Positions 57,197-64,000 of a stretch of 64,000 bases of DNA are shown in pieces. How positions within the stretch are numbered: the stretch's first letter is position 1; each line of letters opens with the position of its first letter. The stretch lies in NCBI GenBank assembly GCA_965661545.1, contig CBFIEF010000008.1:38231-102230 (forward strand), read 5' to 3'. The translations under genes and the position numbers were made by a program. The notes beneath the pieces are model-generated. The model saw nothing but the letters and a program-made list of their open reading frames with translations. It was not told where the DNA came from and did not search any database. The DNA is from Alphaproteobacteria bacterium. GTDB taxonomy: Bacteria; Pseudomonadota; Alphaproteobacteria; UBA7985.

Positions 57197-58339
57197 CTAC
57201 GCGAAAGGAACGCCAACGACCGTTGCCTCGATAACTCCGGTGCCAACATCGGCCTTAACCGTACTGCCCAGGGTGGAGTGGCCGCTTGCGATCCGTCCCA
57301 GCGCAATATTCTTGTTCAACCGAGGCGACCAGGCGGACGCGCGCAGGGTGCCGATGACCGCGCCTGAAGCATCAGTGATCGGCATGGGCTTAACGACGCT
57401 TGGCAAAGGTTCACCCGCTGCCAGCTGCAGGCCTACCAGCGCTTCGCGGGCGCCCTCTTCTTGGATGCGCCTCAGCGCTGCTTTAGCGAGGAAATCGTGC
57501 TCGCCATCCAGCTTGCACCACTTGCCCAAGCCACACTCATAGGGGTTATTCAACTCATCAAAGTCAGTGCCCCAGCTGAACAAGCCACTTTCAATGCGCT
57601 CGATGGCGTTTGGAGCACCGGGGCCCCAAGGCGCGCCGACAATTTCTTCACCCGCTGCCCAAATGATATCCCAGAGCTCAGCACCACGGGACCCGTCGCG
57701 CAGGTAAATCTCAAAGCCGCCCTGCTTGGACCAACCCGAGCGTTGCAGGACCACGGGAATGCCCTGTAGCTCCGTTTGGATAAACCAGAAGTACCGAATA
57801 TCTCGCACGTGCTCACCGAAGACATGAGCGATGACATCCTCTGCTTTTGGTCCTTGGACCGCCAGCGGCGAGGCGTCGGGTTCGGAGACCTCAACATCCA
57901 GTTCATAGGCATCTGCCAGCCCCATAGCGTAGAGGCGGACATCACTGTCTGCGATGGACAACCACAGCAAGTCCTCTTCGAGCTTGAGCAAGATGGGATC
58001 GTTCACAACCCCGCCCGCTTTGTTGAGGATGGGAGTGTAGAAGCCCTGCCCGATCTTGCATTTACTGACGTCACGCGGGGACATCATCTGAGCCAGCTTT
58101 TTAGCGTCTGGGCCTTTGAGCTGAACCTGACGTTCCGCCGCAACATCCCAGATGGAAGCATGATTCATCAGGCGGTCATACTCAGCACTGGGATTGCCGT
58201 AACTTACCGGCATAATCATATGATTATAGAGCGTGTACATAGACGCCCCCGACGACCGCGCCCGCTCAAAATACGGGGACTGACGCGCACGTGCGCCAAA
58301 GGCAAACTCGGGGCGATTTGGATCGGAGGGGTAGGTCAT
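57197..58339 (-). CDS. GcvT-family aminomethyltransferase, DmdA (DMSP demethylase)-like
   Basis: 380 aa: YNHMIMP...WDVAAERQVQLKGPDA...SIADSD...EPDASPLAVQGPKAEDV...RSGWSKQGGFEIY...IERIESGL. The GcvT fold call is strong; the DmdA subfamily call is from memory only. Confidence 0.75.
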   Translation of the reverse strand: MTYPSDPNRPEFAFGARARQSPYFERARSSGASMYTLYNHMIMPVSYGNPSAEYDRLMNHASIWDVAAERQVQLKGPDAKKLAQMMSPRDVSKCKIGQGFYTPILNKAGGVVNDPILLKLEEDLLWLSIADSDVRLYAMGLADAYELDVEVSEPDASPLAVQGPKAEDVIAHVFGEHVRDIRYFWFIQTELQGIPVVLQRSGWSKQGGFEIYLRDGSRGAELWDIIWAAGEEIVGAPWGPGAPNAIERIESGLFSWGTDFDELNNPYECGLGKWCKLDGEHDFLAKAALRRIQEEGAREALVGLQLAAGEPLPSVVKPMPITDASGAVIGTLRASAWSPRLNKNIALGRIASGHSTLGSTVKADVGTGVIEATVVGVPFA

Positions 58340-58510
58340 GTCTCGGCGCTCACAAAGGACTGTATTACAGCTAGTGAGCTAACGCTTTGTAGGGGCGTCA
58401 GCATGCGAGACACGACCACCGACAGTTTAATTTGCGACATATCCAAGATGACGCAACGGCACGGGGCTTTTTGGATCGCTAAAAAGCGATTTTTGTAGGC
58501 CCGCGTGGTC

Positions 58511-58726
58511 TTAGCTAGACTTGATCTTGAGACCCTGTTTGTCTTCAAAATTCTGCGTCGCAATCATCACCAGATCGATGAGCTGCCAAATGCCAAGACC
58601 ACCAAGGGTAATCAGCATGAGGATACCTTTGACGATACGCCCAACATAGAAAGCATGAATGCCCAGACCACCCAAGAACAGACACAACAGAAGGGTTGGC
58701 ACGAAGCCCTTTTCACTCGTTTCCAT
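58511..58726 (-). CDS. TM2-domain membrane protein
   Basis: 71 aa: LLLCLFLGGLGIHAFYVGRIVKGILMLITLGGLGIWQLIDL (TM2 pattern G..G.H.FY.G). Its ATG shares one nt with the stop of the upstream TM2 gene. Confidence 0.75.
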   Translation of the reverse strand: METSEKGFVPTLLLCLFLGGLGIHAFYVGRIVKGILMLITLGGLGIWQLIDLVMIATQNFEDKQGLKIKSS

Positions 58727-59070
58727 CAGTCGAAAACCTTTTCAATTTCTTTTTTCTCTTGCCCGGGATAGGGGACTTTAAGCCCTTTGCCGTCCCGGTA
58801 TTCACCAATCAATAAGCGGATTGTGACGATAAAGGTGTGGATGCCGTCAATAATCAGCAGCAGGATGCCCAAGAGCACCAAGGAAAAGCTGCCAAAACTG
58901 ATCAAAACGATACCACCGACCGACAAGCTGAGGTCAAAGAGACCGTGTCCCCAGCGACCAAGATAAAAGTGGTGTATCCCAAGCACGCCGAATATAGCCG
59001 ACAGGCAAACGGCGACTGCGTATCGCTTATCTGAATAGACCTGCTGGTTCACACCCAACTCCAACGCCAA
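58726..59070 (-). CDS. TM2-domain membrane protein with extra C-terminal TM and cytosolic tail
   Basis: AVAVCLSAIFGVLGIHHFYLGRWGHGLFDL... The start is uncertain: TTG 59070 or GTG 59052. Confidence 0.65.
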   Translation of the reverse strand: MALELGVNQQVYSDKRYAVAVCLSAIFGVLGIHHFYLGRWGHGLFDLSLSVGGIVLISFGSFSLVLLGILLLIIDGIHTFIVTIRLLIGEYRDGKGLKVPYPGQEKKEIEKVFD

Positions 59071-59173
59071 TGATTGATAGATCCGCCAACCATATACCAG
59101 TTGCTCATGAACTTCGATGCGTTATGAAACTTTTGTTTCAAATTTCAGCGTTACGCCAATGCCTTGAAGCCGC

Positions 59174-59209
59174 ATGCCGCCACCCAGCAAGCCTGTTGGG
59201 TGGCGGCAT
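59174..59209 (-). terminator. 13-bp perfect hairpin just downstream of aspS (no clear U-tract)
   Basis: ATGCCGCCACCCA (59174-59186) pairs with TGGGTGGCGGCAT (59197-59209). Confidence 0.4.
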
Positions 59210-59223
59210 CTGTATAAGCCAGC

Positions 59224-61041
59224 TTAGGTGATTTCCAGTGGCGGCACTGATTTGATGTGCAGGTCATCAAGCTGTTGCGTGCTGACCTCGGAGGGGGCCT
59301 GCATCATCAGATCCTGCCCCTGCCCGTTCAGCGGGAAGGCAATTACCTCACGGATGTTTGGCTCGTCGGCCAACAGCATGACCATCCGGTCAACGCCCGG
59401 TGCAGCACCGCCGTGTGGAGGCGCGCCGAACTTCATCGCGCTAAGCATGCCGCCAAACTCTTCCTCGACCACGTCCTGACCATAGCCAGCGATGGAGAAG
59501 GCCTTGTACATCACTTCGGGCAAATGGTTCCGGATCGCGCCAGAACACAGCTCAATACCGTTGCAGACGATGTCGTATTGGAAGGCTTTGATGTCCAGCG
59601 GGTCTTGGGTTTCCAGCGCGTCCATCCCACCTTGTGGCATGGAGAATGGGTTGTGCGAAAACTCGATTTTGCCGGTGTCTTCGTCTTCCTCGAACATGGG
59701 GAAGTCGACGATCCAGACGAATTTGAACTCGCCTTCTTCGATCAGACCCAACTCGCGGCCTGCTTCATTCCGAGCTTGACCGGCGAACTGAAGCGCAGGC
59801 AGGCGCTTGTCACAGGTGAAGAAACACGCATCACCAGCCTCGAGCCCCAACTGCTGTCGAATGGCTTCAGTGCGCTCCGGACCGATATTTTTGGCCAGAG
59901 GGCCAGAGCCTTCAATGCCGCCATCATCGCCAGTCCGCCAGAAGATGTAGCCAAGGCCCGGCTTGCCCTGCTTCTTTGCCCAAGAATCCATGCGATCACA
60001 CTTGGCCCGCGAGCCGCCGCCCTTACCGGGCACGGCAATAACCTTGAAGTCTTTCTCTTCGATCAGCTTGGCGAAGATCTTGAACCCGGACCCGGCAAAG
60101 TGCTCTGTAACGTCACCCAATATGATCGGGTTCCGCAGGTCCGGCTTATCCGAGCCGTACTTTGTCATCGACTCATCGTAAGCCACGTGCGGGAATGGCA
60201 TCGGCGTGACTTTGTGCGGCGTGCCAGAGGCGTCATGGAACTCCGTGAACAAGCCGTGCAGTACAGGCTCAATGGCGTCAAAAACGTCCTGCTGTGTGAC
60301 AAAGCTCATCTCGAAATCGAGTTGGTAGAACTCACCCGGTGAGCGGTCTGCGCGGCTGTCTTCATCGCGGAAACATGGTGCGATCTGGAAGTAGCGATCA
60401 AAGCCGGCCATCATCAGCAGCTGCTTGAATTGCTGCGGCGCCTGGGGCAGCGCATAGAATTTGCCGGGATTGAGGCGCGAAGGCACCAGAAAGTCGCGTG
60501 CCCCTTCAGGCGAGGACGCGGTCAGGATCGGCGTTTGGAACTCAGTAAAGCCCTGCGCCACCATCATCTTGCGCAGGCTCTCAATCACCTTGGCGCGCAG
60601 CATGATGTTCGCGTGAACCTTCTCCCTGCGCAAATCCAGATAGCGGTAGGTCAGGCGCAGATCTTCGTTGATGTCCTCGTTGGAGTTCACCTGCAACGGC
60701 ACTTGGTCAGAGGAGGACTGAACAATCGCTTCATCGACGTAGAGCTCGATCTCGCCGGTGGCCAGCTTGTCGTTGATCGCCTCATCATCGCGCTTCATCA
60801 CGCGCCCCGTCAGGGTGACGACGGATTCCAGCTTGATGCGCTTGAGCATCTCGTAGTGCGGGCTGCTTTCCAGCACGACACACTGCGTCACGCCATAGTG
60901 GTCGCGCAGGTCGATAAACAAGGGACCAGCGTGTTCGCGCCGGCGGTTGATCCAGCCTGAAACACGGGCCGTGGTGCCAACATCGCTGGCGCGCAAATCG
61001 CTGCAAGTATGGCTGCGGAAAGGGTGAAGAGAGTCGCTCAT
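59224..61041 (-). CDS. aspS: aspartyl-tRNA synthetase
   Basis: [50 protein letters not shown]..., class II motifs FRDED, GGMDA..., GGAAPGVDR. The true ATG is at 61041. The ORF-track extension to 61797 is rejected. Confidence 0.93.
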   Translation of the reverse strand: MSDSLHPFRSHTCSDLRASDVGTTARVSGWINRRREHAGPLFIDLRDHYGVTQCVVLESSPHYEMLKRIKLESVVTLTGRVMKRDDEAINDKLATGEIELYVDEAIVQSSSDQVPLQVNSNEDINEDLRLTYRYLDLRREKVHANIMLRAKVIESLRKMMVAQGFTEFQTPILTASSPEGARDFLVPSRLNPGKFYALPQAPQQFKQLLMMAGFDRYFQIAPCFRDEDSRADRSPGEFYQLDFEMSFVTQQDVFDAIEPVLHGLFTEFHDASGTPHKVTPMPFPHVAYDESMTKYGSDKPDLRNPIILGDVTEHFAGSGFKIFAKLIEEKDFKVIAVPGKGGGSRAKCDRMDSWAKKQGKPGLGYIFWRTGDDGGIEGSGPLAKNIGPERTEAIRQQLGLEAGDACFFTCDKRLPALQFAGQARNEAGRELGLIEEGEFKFVWIVDFPMFEEDEDTGKIEFSHNPFSMPQGGMDALETQDPLDIKAFQYDIVCNGIELCSGAIRNHLPEVMYKAFSIAGYGQDVVEEEFGGMLSAMKFGAPPHGGAAPGVDRMVMLLADEPNIREVIAFPLNGQGQDLMMQAPSEVSTQQLDDLHIKSVPPLEIT

Positions 61042-61293
61042 AGCAAGGGCTTCCAGTTGTCTGTGTTCGATCAGACGAGCGGCCTCAGGCGAAACAGGCC
61101 TGCTGCCGTGGTCTTTGCGCGCGCAGGAATAAGACAGAGTGCGCCATTCCACAAACGCCAAGCACGCGGCCGGGCTGTGCACCAGATGCGAGGCGGGGTG
61201 TCTGCGCGCGCGCTGGACAGCAGCACCGCTTTGCCCCAACACAGGACTGTACTCTCGGTTCAGACGAGGGCTTGCACAGCATCCGGACGCCCT

Positions 61294-62181
61294 ATGACCC
61301 GCTTTACACCGCTGATCCCTGTCGCCTTTGTCCTGCTGTGGCACACTGGTTTTCTCGGTGCGCGAGGCACCATGCCGCACGGTCCAGCGCTGACCACATT
61401 GTCGATCCGGTTCTTTATCGTCATGCTGCTGGTCGCGGGCTTGGCATGGCTGAGCCGAGCGGCTTGGCCGGCAACGTGGCAGCAGCGCGGGCATTTGATG
61501 GTCGCCGGCGCGCTGATCCACGGCGTGTATCTGGGCGGCGTCTTCTGGGCGGTTGAACACGGCATGGGCGCGGCGACTTCGGCGCTGATTGTCGGTCTTC
61601 AGCCCCTGCTGACGGCCCTGCTGGCCATCTGGCTGCTGGCCGAGCGAACCACCGTGGTGCTGTGGCTGGGGCTGGTGTTTGGGCTGGCCGGAACCGTGTT
61701 GGTGGTTGTTTTTGACGCTGGACAAGTCGGCACCACCGGGGCCGTCTACGCCATATTGGTTGCTCTGGTCGGGATATCGGTGGGATCGGTTTATCAAAAG
61801 AAATTCGTCCGCCCCTTTGACTGGCGCGCCGGCGCGGTCTGGCAGTTCGCGGGCTCCCTGCTGGTGACCGTCCCGATAACCGTCTTTATCGAACGCGAAC
61901 TGCCAACCGTCACGGGCCAGTATCTGTTTTGGCTGGGCTGGTTGATCGTGGTGCTCAGCATCGGCGCGGTCGCCCTGCTCAATACGCTGATCCAGTCGCA
62001 GTCGGCCATCAACGTGGCGAGTTTCTTCTATCTCATCCCATCACTGGTCGCGGTCACAAGCTGGCTGGTGTTTGGCGACACCATGCGCTGGACGACATGG
62101 ATCGGCATCGGTTTGACCAGTTTCGGCGTCTGGCTGGCCACCCGACCACGCCCCGCACGCGCGCCCGCAAACGAGGCCTGA
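61294..62181 (+). CDS. DMT-superfamily (EamA-like) transporter
   Basis: About 295 aa with ten hydrophobic segments in two EamA-like halves. ATG 61294 ([20 protein letters not shown]) is chosen over the ORF-track start at 61009. Confidence 0.75.
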   Translation: MTRFTPLIPVAFVLLWHTGFLGARGTMPHGPALTTLSIRFFIVMLLVAGLAWLSRAAWPATWQQRGHLMVAGALIHGVYLGGVFWAVEHGMGAATSALIVGLQPLLTALLAIWLLAERTTVVLWLGLVFGLAGTVLVVVFDAGQVGTTGAVYAILVALVGISVGSVYQKKFVRPFDWRAGAVWQFAGSLLVTVPITVFIERELPTVTGQYLFWLGWLIVVLSIGAVALLNTLIQSQSAINVASFFYLIPSLVAVTSWLVFGDTMRWTTWIGIGLTSFGVWLATRPRPARAPANEA

Positions 62182-62227
62182 ACACAAAGGCTTGGCCTTG
62201 CTGGGGTTTCGGCGCTAAAAGCCCTGC

Positions 62228-63388
62228 ATGACCCATCCAGACATGATCGAAGATCAAGCGGCCCTTGAGGCCTTTTGCGAGCGCGCCAAGAGCGCTGATT
62301 TCCTCACCGTCGATACGGAATTTGTGAGGGAAAAGACCTATTATCCGCTGCTGTGTCTGGTGCAGGTCGCGACCGATGACGAAGCCGTCGCCATCGATCC
62401 TTTGGCCGACGGCATGGACCTGACGCCGCTGTTTACCCTGATGAACGACACGGATATGCCCAAGGTGTTTCACGCCGCCGGGCAGGATCTTGAGATCTTC
62501 GCCAACCTCTCCGGCACCTTGCCCTCGCCGTTGTTCGACACGCAAATCGCGGCCATGGTCTGCGGCTTTGGTGAGCAAGTGGGCTATGAGCGCTTGGCCC
62601 GCGCCTTGGCCGGGGCAGAGCTGGATAAAACCGCCCGCTACACCGACTGGTCCCGCCGCCCGCTGACAGAAACGCAAATCAACTACGCCCTTGGTGACGT
62701 CACCCACCTGCGGAAAGTGTTTGTGGAGCTGACCGCCCAACTCGAACGCGAAAACCGCGTAGGCTGGGTGCAAGAAGAAATGAGCGCCATTGCGGACCTT
62801 GCGCGCTACCAACCCAACGTCGAAGACGCATGGCGCCGGCTCAAACCACGGGGCGACAAGCCCCAGTTCCTGAACGTGCTGGTTTCCGTGGCCAAGTGGC
62901 GCGAGCTCGAAGCCCAGCGCCGCGACGTGCCCCGCAACCGCGTGATCCGCGACGACACCGTCATGGAAATCGCCGCCAGTGCGCCAACCAATGCGGCAAC
63001 CTTGGGTCAAGTGCGCGGCTACTCGGAAAATGCGGCCAAAGGCAAGCAGGGCCACGCGATCTTGGAGGCCATCAAAGAAGGTCTGGAAAAATCCCGTGAT
63101 GAGGCGCCCAAGCTGAAAAAACGCAAGCCACTGTCCGACGCAGCCGCCCAAGGCGCGGCGCTGCTGCGGGTGTTGCTGAAGTCGAGGGCCGAAAACGCCG
63201 GCGTCGCACAGCGCATTATTGCCAACACCGAAGAGCTGGAACGCCTCGCAGAAGACGGCAGCGAGTCCGGCGTTGCGGCTCTATCAGGGTGGCGTCGAGA
63301 TTTGTTCGGCGACGCCGCGTTAGAGCTTTTGGCTGGACGCCTGTTCATCGGCTTCGAAGACGGCAAAGTCTCCGAGCGCCACCACTAA
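62228..63388 (+). CDS. rnd: ribonuclease D
   Basis: DEDD exonuclease motifs LTVDTEFVRE, KVFHAAGQDLE, YALGDVTHL, plus C-terminal HRDC-like region(s). Confidence 0.9.
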   Translation: MTHPDMIEDQAALEAFCERAKSADFLTVDTEFVREKTYYPLLCLVQVATDDEAVAIDPLADGMDLTPLFTLMNDTDMPKVFHAAGQDLEIFANLSGTLPSPLFDTQIAAMVCGFGEQVGYERLARALAGAELDKTARYTDWSRRPLTETQINYALGDVTHLRKVFVELTAQLERENRVGWVQEEMSAIADLARYQPNVEDAWRRLKPRGDKPQFLNVLVSVAKWRELEAQRRDVPRNRVIRDDTVMEIAASAPTNAATLGQVRGYSENAAKGKQGHAILEAIKEGLEKSRDEAPKLKKRKPLSDAAAQGAALLRVLLKSRAENAGVAQRIIANTEELERLAEDGSESGVAALSGWRRDLFGDAALELLAGRLFIGFEDGKVSERHH

Positions 63389-63401
63389 GAATCCACAAAA
63401 T

Positions 63402-63540
63402 CCCTGCAAAGCGAAGCGTTTTGCAGGGTCAGGATGTCGGTGCTGGCCCTGTCACGCCGGCGCACGCGCCCTGCGGCTCGGTCCAAGCCCTTGCAAAAGG
63501 GCGCCGGGCCGAGCGAAAAACGCCGCGTGGGTCACGGCGA
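63402..63540. repeat. GC-rich nested inverted repeats downstream of rnd
   Basis: CCCTGCAAA/TTTGCAGGG (63402-63428), GCCCTT-GCAA-AAGGGC (63487-63502) nested inside GCTCGG/CCGAGC (63476-63513), and CACGCG/CGCGTG (63463-63529). Confidence 0.6.
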
Positions 63541-63589
63541 AGCCGAGAGCCGCGCGTCCGCTTGATCCCGGCTTCATGCCAACCGCAGG

Positions 63590-64000
63590 CTAGTGCCCTT
63601 TGAACGCCGGTGGCCGCTTCTTGAAGAAGGCCGAAACCCCCTCATTGAAATCCTTGGAGTTCATGCACTCGAACTGCCGGTGCGCCTCATCGTCGATCAC
63701 CGCACTCAAGTCATTTTCCGTCGCCGCCCGCAAGATGCGCTTGACGTTACGAACCGCCAGCGGCGCAGCATTCGCGGCTTTCTCAGCCCAGGCTTTGGCG
63801 TCTTCGAGCAGGGTCTCATCTGCTGTTACCCGATTTGCCAAACCCCACTCGACCGCTTGAGCGGCTGGAATTTTCTGACCTTCCAAAATGGCCTCATAGG
63901 CCCGCTTGTACCCCAACTGGCGCACCAACTGCCACGTGTTCCCGCCATCAGGAACCAGCGCAATCGCGGCAAACGCCATGTAGATATAGGCGCCCTCACC
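63590..64000 (-). CDS. enoyl-CoA hydratase/isomerase (crotonase family), C-terminal part; 5' end beyond the right edge
   Basis: ...LANRVTADETLLEDAKAWAEKAANAAPLAV..., and C-terminus DFNEGVSAFFKKRPPAFKGH is typical of crotonases. The frame is open to position 64000. Confidence 0.8.
   Translation of the reverse strand, partial: GEGAYIYMAFAAIALVPDGGNTWQLVRQLGYKRAYEAILEGQKIPAAQAVEWGLANRVTADETLLEDAKAWAEKAANAAPLAVRNVKRILRAATENDLSAVIDDEAHRQFECMNSKDFNEGVSAFFKKRPPAFKGH

Noticed and set aside
58473-58497. Hairpin ATCGCT-AAAA-AGCGAT followed by TTTTTG on the + strand, between two minus-strand genes (possible antisense sRNA terminator).
   Set aside because: The stem is only 6 bp and AT-containing, with a 4-nt loop. 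This is too weak to call without transcript data.
59257-60342. 361-aa ORF on the + strand.
   Set aside because: It is antisense to aspS and is a shadow ORF.
61042-61797. N-terminal 252-codon extension of the aspS ORF (the ORF track gives 857 aa).
   Set aside because: The extension is Gln/Arg/His/Pro-rich nonsense. It overlaps the divergent promoter region and the DMT gene on the other strand. AspRS homology starts at [13 protein letters not shown] (ATG 61041).
62054-63151. 365-aa ORF on the minus strand.
   Set aside because: It is antisense to rnd and to the end of the DMT gene. It is a shadow ORF with no motifs.
1-64000. Scan of the whole window for mobile elements, prophage genes, tRNA/rRNA genes, CRISPR arrays, and toxin-antitoxin or known defence genes.
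   Set aside because: I recognised no transposase, integrase, phage structural gene, T-loop/anticodon-arm pattern, spacer-separated repeat array or defence-system signature. Absence is judged by eye only.

Overview
GC-rich alphaproteobacterial chromosomal segment. The gene content and order look Rhodobacterales/Rhizobiales-like, but that is inference only. I recognise roughly 55 protein-coding genes and no rRNA, tRNA, CRISPR array, transposase or integrase.

Gene order, left to right:
- two tandem LolC/E-type permeases and proS
- a 580-bp structured intergenic region ending in an orphan terminator
- a lower-GC block of small envelope/hypothetical genes
- acs and a prpE-like acyl-CoA synthetase
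- a decayed liv-type (HAAT) ABC cluster whose truncated permease abuts a short histidine kinase head-to-head
- the glycogen operon glgP-glgB-glgC-glgA-glgX
- an APH(6)-family kinase
- B12-dependent methylmalonyl-CoA mutase
- a cobalamin riboswitch leading a 50-aa membrane ORF plus a ZnuCBA-type metal ABC importer
- aapJQMP with strongly expanded permeases
- metC-hisI-hemH
- a cluster of a porin, a secreted tandem-repeat protein and two paralogous secreted proteins
- an M20 amidohydrolase
- a HAD-galE-GT2 operon
- CoxS/CoxM-like subunits without a large subunit
- leuCD
- a signal-peptide vWA plus long coiled-coil protein
- a DmdA-like aminomethyltransferase
- two TM2-domain genes
- aspS, a DMT transporter, rnd and a partial enoyl-CoA hydratase

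Most noteworthy observations:
1. The B12 riboswitch sits in front of a Znu/Mnt-family transporter, which makes it a candidate unrecognised cobalt importer. The B12-dependent mutase is transcribed divergently from it.
2. A modular family of GC-rich four-hairpin intergenic repeats shows compensatory stem changes between copies.
3. The livM remnant and the histidine kinase form a head-to-head truncation scar.
4. AapM (805 aa) and AapQ (576 aa) are greatly expanded, and AapM carries DxNxDG calcium-loop motifs.
5. A secreted protein contains eight exact-period 14-aa repeats.

All family assignments come from reading the translations. No database search was run.
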